Assembly: GCF_025919725.1 (NCBI RefSeq)
Contig: NZ_CP081495.1
Location: 2,062,044-2,094,043, forward strand
DNA length: 32,000 bases
Direction: 5' to 3'
Source of the DNA: Flavobacterium agricola
Lineage (GTDB): Bacteria > Bacteroidota > Bacteroidia > Flavobacteriales > Flavobacteriaceae
The first letter of the stretch is position 1, and the number at the start of each line of letters is the position of its first letter. Of the stretch, positions 1 through 9,263 are shown one piece after another. Made by a program: the position numbers and the translations under genes. The notes beneath the pieces are model-generated. The model did no database searches and was not told the origin of the DNA. It saw nothing but the letters and a program-made list of their open reading frames with translations.

Positions 1-514
1 ATTTCCGGAATTATTTCTGGTAACGTGGCCAATAAATTAAAACACGAAAACATTTGTTACCGTATTAAAGAAAATCCGTTTTTAAAAAATACCATTGGAG
101 CCCAAAAAGCCAGCAAATTTGCTGATTGGGTATTTAAAAATTGGGCCGGAATTGTTTCAAACGCTTGGTTTGGGGTATTTTTAGGTTGTACCGGTACAAT
201 TGGCGTGTTTTTAGGTATTAATATTGACATTCGTCACATTACCTTTGCCAGCGGTAACTTTGCACTTGGTTTGTACGGTAAAGGTTTTGATGCCATGCCT
301 ATATATTTATATTTGGTGTTTATTAGGCGTATTTATTATCGGATTCTTTAACTTTATTGTTAGCTTCTCGTTATCTTTATTTTTAGCGATGCGTTCAAGA
401 AGCATTCCGTTTAGAGAATTTATATTAGTAAATCAGGCTATTTTTGCCCGTTTTAAAAAACATCCGCAAACATTTTTCTTTCCGCCTAAAAACGCTAAAA
501 AAGAATTTTTATAG
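1..514 (+). CDS. C-terminal part of a COG4389-like 'site-specific recombinase' membrane protein (5' truncated by window edge, frame break near 290-320)
   Basis: Frame 1 is open from base 1 (ISGIISGNVANKLKHENICYRIKENP...GNFALGLYGKGFDAMPIYLY). It continues in frame 2 as WCLLGVFIIGFFNFIVSFSLSLFLAMRSRSIPF...FFFPPK, then a TAG ending at 514. Confidence 0.65.
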
Positions 515-528
515 AAACCAATTATATC

Positions 529-554
529 AAAAAGCCAACATAAGTTGGCTTTTT
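529..554 (+). terminator. Rho-independent terminator
   Basis: aaaaagccaac-ataa-gttggcttttt, perfect stem with A/T flanks, just after the stop at 514. Confidence 0.8.
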
Positions 555-582
555 GTAATTTTGTAAAACTTGTTTAACCAAT

Positions 583-1676
583 ATGCTTCGAAAAATAATA
601 CATGTCGATATGGATTCATTTTATGCATCCGTAGAAATACTGGATAATCCGCGTTACGTGGTAAAGCTTTAGCAGTTGGTGGCAATGAAATTCGAGGCGT
701 AATATCAACCGCAAGCTACGAAGCGCGTAAATACGGTGTAAAAAGCGCTATGAGCGGTGCTTTAGCCATAAAGCTTTGTCCGCATTTAATATTTGTTAAA
801 CCAAGGTTTGATCGTTACAAAGAAATTTCAAAAAAAATTAGAAGTATTTTTTTAGAATATACCGATTTGGTAGAACCTTTATCTTTAGATGAAGCGTATT
901 TAGATGTAACAACCAATAAAAAAAATATGAAAAGCGCTACTTTAATGGCGCACCAAATAAGGCTAAAAATATTTGCTGAAACGGGGTTAACTGCATCAGC
1001 AGGCATTTCGGTTAATAAATTTGTAGCTAAAATTGCAAGCGATATAAATAAACCCAACGGACAATTAACCATAAACCCCGAAGAAGTTGAACCATTTTTA
1101 GAAAACTTAGATGTAAAAAAGTTTTATGGAATTGGAAAAAGAACTACCGAAAAAATGTACAATTTGGGTATCTTTACAGGTAAAGATTTAAAATCCAAAC
1201 CTATAACTTTTTTAGAGGAGCATTTTGGAAAAAGTGGAACACAATATTATTATATTGTAAGAGGCATACATAATAGCGAAGTGAAACCAAACAGAACAGT
1301 AAAATCGGTAGGAGCAGAACGTACGTTTGCAGCCAACCTTTCGTCAGAAATTTATTTGCTTGAAAGGTTAGAAAATATTGCTGAGGAAGTAGAAACGCGG
1401 CTTAAAAAAAACAAGTTAGCGGGTAAAACCATTACGTTAAAAATTAAATATTCAACTTTTGCCCAACAAACCCGAAGTAAAACCTTGCCTTATTTTATTT
1501 CTGACAAAAGCTTGTTGTTAGAAATTGCTAAGGAATTGTTGTTTCAGGAAAAGTTACAAGATTCGGTTCGTTTAATCGGTATTTCATTATCATCTTTAAA
1601 TAATGAAAAGAAAAAAGAACCCGAAAAGAAAAAACCCGAAGTGATTCAGCTTAAACTTCCGTTTAAAGATATATAA
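583..1676 (+). CDS. dinB: DNA polymerase IV (Y-family), interrupted by an apparent 1-nt deletion near 655
   Basis: ATG at 583 gives MLRKIIHVDMDSFYASVEILDNPRY, then the frame breaks. Restoring one base continues as RGKALAVGGNEIRGVISTASYEARKYGVKSAMSGALA..., then the ORF 750..1676 with LSLDEAYLDVT and helix-hairpin-helix region KFYGIGKRTTEKM. Confidence 0.88.
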
Positions 1677-1680
1677 AATA

Positions 1681-1707
1681 AAAAAAGCAGCTTAAAGCTG
1701 CTTTTTT
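1681..1707. terminator. Bidirectional terminator between the convergent dinB and BI-1 genes
   Basis: aaaaaagcagctttaa-like element: aaaaaagcagc-ttaaa-gctgctttttt, symmetric stem with A and T tracts between convergent stops. Confidence 0.85.
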
Positions 1708-1720
1708 ATATGTATTGTAG

Positions 1721-2515
1721 TTAGTTACGGCTATTAATTTTTGACAACAAACGTAAAAATTCAATATATAACCAAACCAATGTAATTAGTAAGCCCATTG
1801 CAGCAAACCATTCCATAAACTTCGGTTGTTGTTTAGCTGCGCTATCTTCAATCAAATCAAAATCTAAAAATAAGTTTAAAGCAGCAATAACAATTACAAA
1901 TGCACTAAATCCGATGCTCATTAAAGATGATCCGTGGTGAAACATTTGAAAATTGAATACTAAAGATGCGATAAAACTAATTAAATAATAAGTTGCAATA
2001 GCCAATGTTGCGGCAATAACCACATTTCTAAAAGTTTGGTTTACTTTTACAATTCTAAATTTGTATAAACCCAAACAAACTAAAAAGGTTACAAAAGTTC
2101 CTCCTACCGCTTGAATTACAATTCCTGGATATCTGGCCTCGAAAATAGCTGAAATACCACCAATAAACAAACCTTCAAAAATGGCATAACCTGGTGCTAA
2201 TTTACCAGATAAATGCGGTTTAAAGGCAGCTATTAAAACCAATACAAAACCAACAATTGCTCCTCCAACAGTTAAAACAATTGGGTTATATCCTGAAGCA
2301 GTTAAATACCAAGTTGCAAAAGCACCAACCAACAATAAGGCCAATAAAATAAACGATTTGTTTATTGTGCCCTGAATGGTCATGGTTCCGTTAGTTAAAT
2401 CAATCGTATTGTATCTTTCAACCGTTTGTGATGCGTTAAAATCTGTTACACCACCTTGTTTCTCTTTCGTAAATTTGTCGTTTTTTAAAAACGGATTGTT
2501 CGAATTAAAGTTCAT
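1721..2515 (-). CDS. Bax inhibitor-1 / YccA family membrane protein
   Basis: 264 aa, about 7 hydrophobic segments, GYAIFEGLFIGGISAIFE and C-terminal FLDFDLIED...LYIEFLRLL typical of the family. Confidence 0.85.
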   Translation of the reverse strand: MNFNSNNPFLKNDKFTKEKQGGVTDFNASQTVERYNTIDLTNGTMTIQGTINKSFILLALLLVGAFATWYLTASGYNPIVLTVGGAIVGFVLVLIAAFKPHLSGKLAPGYAIFEGLFIGGISAIFEARYPGIVIQAVGGTFVTFLVCLGLYKFRIVKVNQTFRNVVIAATLAIATYYLISFIASLVFNFQMFHHGSSLMSIGFSAFVIVIAALNLFLDFDLIEDSAAKQQPKFMEWFAAMGLLITLVWLYIEFLRLLSKINSRN

Positions 2516-2548
2516 ATTTGGTTTTTCTAATTTTACTAAATATATAAA

Positions 2549-3982
2549 TTATTCTTCTATTTGTGATAAGCGTAATGTATTTACCATACCGCGATTTGCT
2601 ACTGGCATAGCAGCTAAATTTACTAACATATCGCCAGCTTCAACATAACCTTTTTCTTTACAGATGCGGTTAATATCATCAATCGTATCATCAGTACTCC
2701 AAAATTTATCGTAATAAAAAGCAGTTACTCCGTACAACAAGTTTAATTGCGTTAAAATGTGTTTGTTAGAAGTAAAAACTAATGTATGCGCTTTCGGACG
2801 CCAAGCAGAAACCTGAAACGCAGTGTACCCCGAATTGGTTAAGGTAGTAATTGCTTTGGCATCTGTTTCGTTAGCCATTGTTGCTGCATGATGACAAATG
2901 TGCTTAGTAATATAACGCTTGGTTTTAATTTGCACTTGGTTTTGAGGAATTTGAACCAAAGGTGAATCTTCTACGCTATAAATAATTTTTGCCATTGTTT
3001 GAATTACCTGAACTGGATAACTACCAACCGAAGTTTCGCCCGATAGCATTACAGCATCAGCCCCATCCATAACCGAGTTAGCAACGTCGTTTACCTCAGC
3101 TCTTGTTGGAGTTAATGAAGTAATCATAGTTTCCATCATTTGCGTAGCAATAATAACCGGAATACGTGCTGTTTTTGCACGAGCTACTAATTGCTTTTGG
3201 ATTAAAGGCACTTCTTCTGCCGGAATTTCAACACCTAAATCACCACGTGCAACCATTAAACCGTCGCAATATTTAATAATTTCATCAATATTAGCAACTG
3301 CTTCTGGTTTTTCAATTTTAGCTACAATCGGAATTTTATATTCGGCATGTTCTGCAATAATATTTTGTAAATCTTTTAAATCGTCACCCGTACGAACAAA
3401 AGAAAGTGCAATCCAATCTACTTTATTTTCAATAGCAAAAATGGCATCACGCACATCTTTTTCTGTTAAAGCTGGTAATGAAACTTTTGTATTAGGTAAG
3501 TTAACTCCTTTTTTAGATTTTAAAGGACCTCCTTGTACAACAACAGCTTTAACTTCTGTTTCGCGGTCAGTTTCAACTACTTCAAAAATAAGTTTACCGT
3601 CGTCTAATAAAATACGTTCTCCCGGATTTACATCTTTAGGAAATTGCTTGTAGTTCATGTACACGCGCTCAGCAGATCCTAGAATATCTTCAGCTGTTGT
3701 AAATGTAATGTGATCGCCAGGATGAACAAAAACATCTTCTTTCATTACGCCAACGCGTAATTTAGGCCCTTGTAAATCAGCTAAAATAGATGTATTATAT
3801 TCAAATTCTGCAGTTAATTCTCTAATAATATCTATACGTTCTTTAACGTCAGCATAATCAGCATGCGAAAAGTTAATTCTAAAAACATTAACTCCAGCAT
3901 CAATCATTTCTTTTATTGTTTCTCTAGAGCTACATGCTGGTCCTAGCGTAGCAACAATCTTTGTTTTTTTTCTGTAAAGCAT
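2549..3982 (-). CDS. pyk: Pyruvate kinase
   Basis: 477 aa. RKTKIVATLGPACS, DLQGPKLRVG, VDWIALSFVR, GLMVARGDLGVEIP, TQMMETMI...PTRAEVNDVANSVMDGADAVMLSGETSVG. Confidence 0.97.
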   Translation of the reverse strand: MLYRKKTKIVATLGPACSSRETIKEMIDAGVNVFRINFSHADYADVKERIDIIRELTAEFEYNTSILADLQGPKLRVGVMKEDVFVHPGDHITFTTAEDILGSAERVYMNYKQFPKDVNPGERILLDDGKLIFEVVETDRETEVKAVVVQGGPLKSKKGVNLPNTKVSLPALTEKDVRDAIFAIENKVDWIALSFVRTGDDLKDLQNIIAEHAEYKIPIVAKIEKPEAVANIDEIIKYCDGLMVARGDLGVEIPAEEVPLIQKQLVARAKTARIPVIIATQMMETMITSLTPTRAEVNDVANSVMDGADAVMLSGETSVGSYPVQVIQTMAKIIYSVEDSPLVQIPQNQVQIKTKRYITKHICHHAATMANETDAKAITTLTNSGYTAFQVSAWRPKAHTLVFTSNKHILTQLNLLYGVTAFYYDKFWSTDDTIDDINRICKEKGYVEAGDMLVNLAAMPVANRGMVNTLRLSQIEE

Positions 3983-3983
3983 T

Positions 3984-4466
3984 TTAAAATAGTAGGTTGT
4001 TTATTGATACTAACGTATTTTTATCTAATTCATATATGGCGTCGAGCTCTTTTATTACGTTTAGTTTAGAAATAAATTGCTGAACCGTTTCTGGCAGTAG
4101 CGCTTCTTCAACTTTAATAAAATAATCAACGGTGTCGTATTCTGGAATTAGAACAATATCGCTGTATGTATTTGTTAATACTAAGTTTATATCTGAATCA
4201 ATGCGAGGCTCAGATTCAATTACCGATTTGTTGGCAATTAAGCTCCAAACAATGCGTTCGTTTTTGTCTTCAAATTTAAAAAAATCAAAATTGGTATGGG
4301 TGGCAAATTTTGATAAAGTTAATGGGATTAACTCTTTTTCTAGGTTTAATTGACCGTATTTATTTACTAAATAAGCCAATTTATAATCTTCTAATGAAGT
4401 GTGAAGTGCAATAATATTAAAATCGTCTGATCCAAAATCATCAATATCTAATATGCTTACTGCCAT
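3984..4466 (-). CDS. IPExxxVDY family protein (function unknown)
   Basis: 160 aa containing IPEYDTVDYFIK, the motif that names the family. Sits 1 nt upstream of pyk. Confidence 0.75.
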   Translation of the reverse strand: MAVSILDIDDFGSDDFNIIALHTSLEDYKLAYLVNKYGQLNLEKELIPLTLSKFATHTNFDFFKFEDKNERIVWSLIANKSVIESEPRIDSDINLVLTNTYSDIVLIPEYDTVDYFIKVEEALLPETVQQFISKLNVIKELDAIYELDKNTLVSINNLLF

Positions 4467-4546
4467 TGTAATTTTTATTTAAAGATACGATTTATCTTTA
4501 ACTTAATGAAAAGCGGCTAAAGTATTTAACCTTAATTTAATGAGAA

Positions 4547-5296
4547 TTAATGAGATGGCGGTTCTATAATATCTTGTAAAACAAAATAAGCGCGCTTAGA
4601 AGCAATTTCTTCGGCCTTTTTTTTAGAGGTTGCTCGGGCGCGAGCAACAATTTCGTTATCAATTTTTAGCTTTACGCCAAAATATTTTACAGCTTCGTTA
4701 CCGGTATCTTCAAAAACCTCGTAAAAAAAAGATTTTTTTTGTTTCTGACACCATTCTATCAACAAGCTTTTGTAGCTAATAATTTTTCCTTCAAGCTTTT
4801 CAATATCTACATAAGGAACAATAACTTTTTCTTGAATAAAAGTTTTACAACGTTGGTAACCTAAATCAAGGTAAATAGCACCAACAAGGGCTTCGAACAA
4901 ATTACCGTGAATATTTTCACTAAACTGCGAAGCTACAACTTTACTTTTAACATGATCTACCAAATGCAAAGATTTACCTAATGCATTTAAGTTTTCGCGG
5001 CTAACAATTTTAGAGCGCATTTTTGTTAAATAACCTTCATCTCCGGTAGGAACGGTTTCAAAAAGATGTGCTGCTATAATTAAGCCCAACATGGCATCTC
5101 CAAGAAATTCTAAACGTTCGTAATTATGCGCACGACCATTTTCATCGATTTTATTCATTGATCGATGGGTAAAGGCACGCTTATAAATCTCTAAATTAAT
5201 AGGATTGTCATTAATTATCTCCGTTATGGTTTTCAAAAAAATCCCGTCCTCAGGAGTACGGGATTTATTTAAAAACAATTTCTTGAAAATATTCAT
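4547..5296 (-). CDS. rnc: Ribonuclease III
   Basis: 249 aa. YERLEFLGDAMLGL signature, NLFEALVGAIYLDLG, and C-terminal dsRBD with ARARATSKKKAEEIAS. Confidence 0.95.
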   Translation of the reverse strand: MNIFKKLFLNKSRTPEDGIFLKTITEIINDNPINLEIYKRAFTHRSMNKIDENGRAHNYERLEFLGDAMLGLIIAAHLFETVPTGDEGYLTKMRSKIVSRENLNALGKSLHLVDHVKSKVVASQFSENIHGNLFEALVGAIYLDLGYQRCKTFIQEKVIVPYVDIEKLEGKIISYKSLLIEWCQKQKKSFFYEVFEDTGNEAVKYFGVKLKIDNEIVARARATSKKKAEEIASKRAYFVLQDIIEPPSH

Positions 5297-5308
5297 GAAA
5301 TAATATTT

Positions 5309-6561
5309 CTATTTTTCGAATTTTTTAACCAAAACACAAGCATTGTGCCCCCCAAAACCGAATGTATTGCTAATTGCAACTTTAACATCGCGTTTTTGTG
5401 CCTCGTTAAACGTAAAGTTTAATTTCGGATCAATGTTCTCATCATCTGTAAAGTGATTAATGGTTGGCGGAACAATTCCGTTTTGAATAGCTAAAATACA
5501 TGAAATTGCTTCAACCGCTCCAGTTGCACCTAATAAATGCCCGGTCATAGATTTTGTTGAGTTGATATTCATGTTATAAGCATGCTCGCCAAAAACAGCT
5601 AAAATAGCTTTAGATTCTGCAATATCTCCTAATGGAGTAGATGTTCCGTGCATGTTAACTAAATCCACATCTTCTGGTTGTAAACCAGCATCACGTAAAC
5701 AATTAATCATTACATTTTTAGCGCCTAATCCTTCTGGGTGAGGTGCAGTAATATGGTGCGCATCAGCTGACATACCGCCTCCGCCAATTTCACAATAAAT
5801 TTTAGCACCACGAGCAACAGCGTGTTCGTATTCTTCTAAAACCAAAGCACCAGCTCCTTCTCCTAAAACAAATCCGTCACGGTCTTTATCCATTGGGCGC
5901 GATGCCGTTTTAGGATCGTCGTTACGTGTAGATAAGGCATGCATAGCATTAAAACCACCCATTCCTGCAATTGTAACTGCTGCTTCAGAACCTCCGGTTA
6001 AAATAACATCTGCTTGTCCTAAACGGATGTAGTTAAATGCATCAATAATTGCATTTGTAGAAGATGCACAAGCCGAAACTGTTGTAAAGTTAGGCCGCGT
6101 AATCCGTATTTCATTGAAATTAAACCACCTGCAATATCAGCAATCATTTTAGGGATAAAGAAAGGATTGAATTTTGGTGTACCATTTCCTTCGTTAAAGG
6201 CAGTAACCTCGTCCTGAAACGTTTGTAAACCACCAATTCCTGAACCCCAAATAACACCGGCACGGTCTAAATCAATTTTTTCTAAATCAAAGTTTGCATC
6301 GGTCATTGCTTCTGAGGCAGAAACCATAGCCAATTGTGCATAGCGGTCCATTTTACGTGCTTCTTTTCGGTCAATAAAATCTTCAGCTTTAAAGTTTTTA
6401 ACCTCGCAAGCAAATTTTGTTTTAAAATTTGTAGCGTCAAAAAGCGTAATTGGGGCTGCACCACTTACTCCGTTTATTAATCCGTTCCAGAATTCTTGAA
6501 TATTATTTCCAATCGGAGTTAATGCTCCAAGACCTGTAACTACAACTCTTCTCAATTTCAT
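5309..6561 (-). CDS. fabF: Beta-ketoacyl-ACP synthase II, split by an apparent 1-nt deletion near 6092
   Basis: 5' part [20 protein letters not shown]...[16 protein letters not shown]. Restoring one base gives [26 protein letters not shown] with the catalytic Cys, then [17 protein letters not shown]...[11 protein letters not shown]...[12 protein letters not shown]...NTFGFGGHN. Confidence 0.95.
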
Positions 6562-6688
6562 AATTTGTAAAGGTATATTCCAAACAAAAAACCCATGTAT
6601 AATCGTTGGCAATCATCATGGGAATGTTATTTATATTAATGACTTGTAATATCTACTAAAATAATAAAAGATAGTTAAAAATAATAAC

Positions 6689-6718
6689 ATCCATGCGATG
6701 ATTTCGCATCGCATGGAT
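6689..6718 (-). other. Intercistronic stem-loop between acpP and fabF
   Basis: atccatgcgatg-atttcg-catcgcatggat: perfect 12-bp stem, 6-nt loop, 8 nt past the end of acpP in the transcription direction. No uninterrupted U-tract, though a U-rich stretch follows. Confidence 0.75.
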
Positions 6719-6726
6719 TGAGGTTA

Positions 6727-6963
6727 TTATTTTTTAGCTTCTTCGATGTAAGAAATAGCTTGACCAACTGTAGCAATGTTTTCTGCTTGATCGTCTGGAA
6801 TTTGAATATCAAATTCTTTTTCGAATTCCATGATAAGCTCAACAGTGTCTAATGAATCAGCCCCTAAATCGTTAGTGAAACTTGCTTCAGCAACAACTTC
6901 GTTTTCGTCAACTCCTAATTTGTCAACGATAATAGCTTTTACTCTTGATGCAATGTCTGACAT
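6727..6963 (-). CDS. acpP: Acyl carrier protein
   Basis: 78 aa, acidic, with the phosphopantetheine site [15 protein letters not shown]. Confidence 0.98.
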   Translation of the reverse strand: MSDIASRVKAIIVDKLGVDENEVVAEASFTNDLGADSLDTVELIMEFEKEFDIQIPDDQAENIATVGQAISYIEEAKK

Positions 6964-6992
6964 AATCTTTTAATTTTAAATTTAATTTGTGG

Positions 6993-7000
6993 CAAAAATA
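6993..7000 (-). promoter_or_regulatory. Candidate Bacteroidota -7 element for acpP
   Basis: Minus-strand TATTTTTG matches TAnnTTTG about 30 nt upstream of the start codon. No good -33 TTG seen. Confidence 0.35.
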
Positions 7001-7161
7001 AAAAACTTTATCTTAATACCACATGAATTGTTTGATAAATAGTCGGAGCTAAGATAAAAATTAATTTTAAATGTAACGATAATTTTTATCATTTCTATTT
7101 TTTTATGCTTTTCTTTGTACTTGTTAACCTAAGTATTTATAAGGCTTTATATCTATTTTAT

Positions 7162-7725
7162 ATGAAAAACATAATCATTTTCGCATCAGGTAATGGAAGC
7201 AATGCAGAACAAATAATTTCGCATTTAAACCAAACAAAAACAGCAAAAGTTGATGCAATTTTAACAAATAAAGCAAATGCGGGGGTACTTGAGCGTGCAA
7301 AAAGGCATCAAATTCCATCACATATTTTCTCAAAAACAGATTTAGAGAGCGGAAAAGTTTTAGAAATAGTAAATCAGTACAAACCCGATTTAATTGTTTT
7401 GGCTGGTTTTTTACTAAAATTTCCAGAACATATAATTAACGTATATCCAAACCAAGTAATAAATATACATCCAGCCTTGTTACCTAACTACGGAGGTAAA
7501 GGCATGTACGGCATGCACGTACATGATGCTGTTTTAGCAAATAAAGAATCGTACACGGGCATTACCATTCATTACGTGAACGAAAACTACGACGAAGGTG
7601 CAATTATTAAACAAGAAAAAGTTTTTGTAGGCGATTGTACCACGGCTGATGAAATTGCAACACGCATTCATCAACTCGAATACGAACATTTTCCAACAAC
7701 TATAAACAAGCTATTAAGTGAGTAA
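7162..7725 (+). CDS. purN: Phosphoribosylglycinamide formyltransferase
   Basis: Start at the internal Met, MKNIIIFASGNGSNAEQI. Contains INIHPALLPNYGGKGMYG..HDAVLANKE..TGITIHYVNENYDEGAII. The supplied ORF start at 7105 adds an unlikely 19-aa leader. Confidence 0.95.
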   Translation: MKNIIIFASGNGSNAEQIISHLNQTKTAKVDAILTNKANAGVLERAKRHQIPSHIFSKTDLESGKVLEIVNQYKPDLIVLAGFLLKFPEHIINVYPNQVINIHPALLPNYGGKGMYGMHVHDAVLANKESYTGITIHYVNENYDEGAIIKQEKVFVGDCTTADEIATRIHQLEYEHFPTTINKLLSE

Positions 7726-8196
7726 TCCACAAATAATTATTTATACCGACGGATCTTCTCGAGGAAACCCGGGGCCGGGCGGTTACGGTGTTATTTTAGA
7801 GTTAGTAGGTACCAGCTACAATAAATCGTTCGCAGAAGGTTTTCGGTTAACCACCAACAACCGCATGGAATTATTAGCTGTAATTGTTGGACTAGAAAAA
7901 ATTACCAAACCCAAACAAAACATATTGGTTGTTTCTGACTCTAAATATGTGGTGGATGCTGTAGAAAAAGGTTGGGTTTTTGGTTGGGAGAAAAAAGATT
8001 TTAAAGATAAAAAAATCCGGACTTATGGCAACGCTTTTTACACGTTTACAGACAACATCAGGTTAAGTTTAAATGGATAAAAGGGCATAACAACCACCCG
8101 CAAAATGAGTATTGTGATAAAATTGCGGTAGAAGCTGCTTTAAGATCAAATTTAAAACCCGATGTTTGGTACGAACAAAACGAAGCTAAAAATTAA
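7718..8196 (+). CDS. rnhA: Ribonuclease HI, interrupted by an apparent homopolymer deletion near 8009-8015
   Basis: GTG start: MSNPQIIIYTDGSSRGNPGPGGYGVIL...NNRMELLAVIVGLE...SDSKYVVDAVEKGWVFGWEKKDFKDK. Adding one A to the A7 run gives [61 protein letters not shown], stop at 8194-8196. Confidence 0.93.
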
Positions 8197-8250
8197 CTTT
8201 TTAAACCTGTTTTTTTAACATCATTAGCGCCTCAACTTAAATAAAATACT

Positions 8251-8280
8251 TTGAGCAAATAATAAAAAGCTATATCTTTG
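8251..8280 (+). promoter_or_regulatory. Bacteroidota-type promoter
   Basis: TTG at 8251-8253, 19-nt spacer, TATCTTTG at 8273-8280 (TAnnTTTG), 24 nt upstream of the ATG at 8305. Confidence 0.65.
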
Positions 8281-8304
8281 CGTCTTATTTTCATGTAAAT
8301 TAAA

Positions 8305-9234
8305 ATGAATAAATTACTTATAGTAGGGACAGTAGCTTTTGATGCTATTGAAACACCTTTCGGAAAAACAGACAAAATTTTAGGTGGTGCAGGAACTTAT
8401 ATTGGGTTATCTGCTTCACAATTAAACGTAAATTCAGCAATCGTTTCTGTAGTTGGTGGCGATTTCCCTCAAGAATATTTAGATTTATTAACAGCTAAAA
8501 ACATTGACATTTCGGGTATTGAAGTGGTGAAAGAAGGAAAAACTTTTTTCTGGAGCGGCCGTTACCATAACGACATGAATTCTCGTGATACGTTAGAAAC
8601 ACAATTAAACGTTTTAGCTGATTTTAATCCGGTTGTACCTGCAAACTTTACAGATTCTGATGTAGTTATGTTAGGAAACTTACACCCGTTAATTCAAACC
8701 TCAGTTTTAAATCAATTAACAGCTAAACCAAAATTAGTAGTTTTAGATACTATGAACTTTTGGATGGATTGTGCTTTACCAGAATTATTAGACGTAATTA
8801 AACGCGTGGACGTAATTACGATTAATGATGAAGAAGCACGTCAACTTTCTGGTGAATATTCATTAGTTAAAGCAGCGGCTAAAATTCATACAATGGGTCC
8901 AGAATTTGTTGTTATTAAAAAAGGAGAGCACGGCGCTTTGCTTTTCCATAACGAAAATGTATTCTTTGCACCGGCTTTACCATTAAAAGAAGTTTTTGAT
9001 CCAACAGGAGCAGGTGATACATTTGCTGGAGGTTTTTCTGGCTACATTGCTCAGAGCGAAAATATCTCGTTTGACAACATGAAAAATGCAATTATCTACG
9101 GTTCTACCTTAGCATCTTTCTGTGTTGAAAAGTTTGGTACAGAACGTATGGAAAACTTAACAAGCGACGAAGTAAAAGCACGCTTGCAACAATTTAAAGC
9201 TTTAACTCATTACGACATTGAGCTAACAAAATAA
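8305..9234 (+). CDS. PfkB-family sugar/nucleoside kinase
   Basis: 309 aa. GGAGTYIGLSASQL near the N-terminus, and the signature DPTGAGDTFAGGFSGYIA. Confidence 0.88.
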   Translation: MNKLLIVGTVAFDAIETPFGKTDKILGGAGTYIGLSASQLNVNSAIVSVVGGDFPQEYLDLLTAKNIDISGIEVVKEGKTFFWSGRYHNDMNSRDTLETQLNVLADFNPVVPANFTDSDVVMLGNLHPLIQTSVLNQLTAKPKLVVLDTMNFWMDCALPELLDVIKRVDVITINDEEARQLSGEYSLVKAAAKIHTMGPEFVVIKKGEHGALLFHNENVFFAPALPLKEVFDPTGAGDTFAGGFSGYIAQSENISFDNMKNAIIYGSTLASFCVEKFGTERMENLTSDEVKARLQQFKALTHYDIELTK

Positions 9235-9238
9235 TTTA

Positions 9239-9263
9239 TAAGCCACCTTGTGTGGCTTTTTTT
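9239..9263 (+). terminator. Rho-independent terminator or attenuator
   Basis: aagccac-cttgt-gtggctt followed by a T tract, 6 nt after the kinase stop and 36 nt before the purF-like ATG. Confidence 0.7.

Noticed and set aside
1-514. 'Site-specific recombinase' at the window edge as evidence of a mobile element
   Set aside because: It looks like a multi-TM COG4389-type chromosomal protein. It has no integrase or transposase motifs, inverted terminal repeats or cargo genes nearby.
815-1072. Minus-strand ORF of 85 aa inside dinB
   Set aside because: Antisense to a clear coding gene, with no recognisable domain. AT-biased codon usage readily creates such open frames.
3441-3653. Plus-strand ORF antisense to pyk
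   Set aside because: Low-complexity Ser/Thr-rich translation opposite conserved pyruvate kinase sequence. Treated as spurious.
5309-6612. Two adjacent ketoacyl synthase ORFs as separate genes or a split system
   Set aside because: They join into one FabF after restoring a single base, so a two-gene interpretation is unnecessary.
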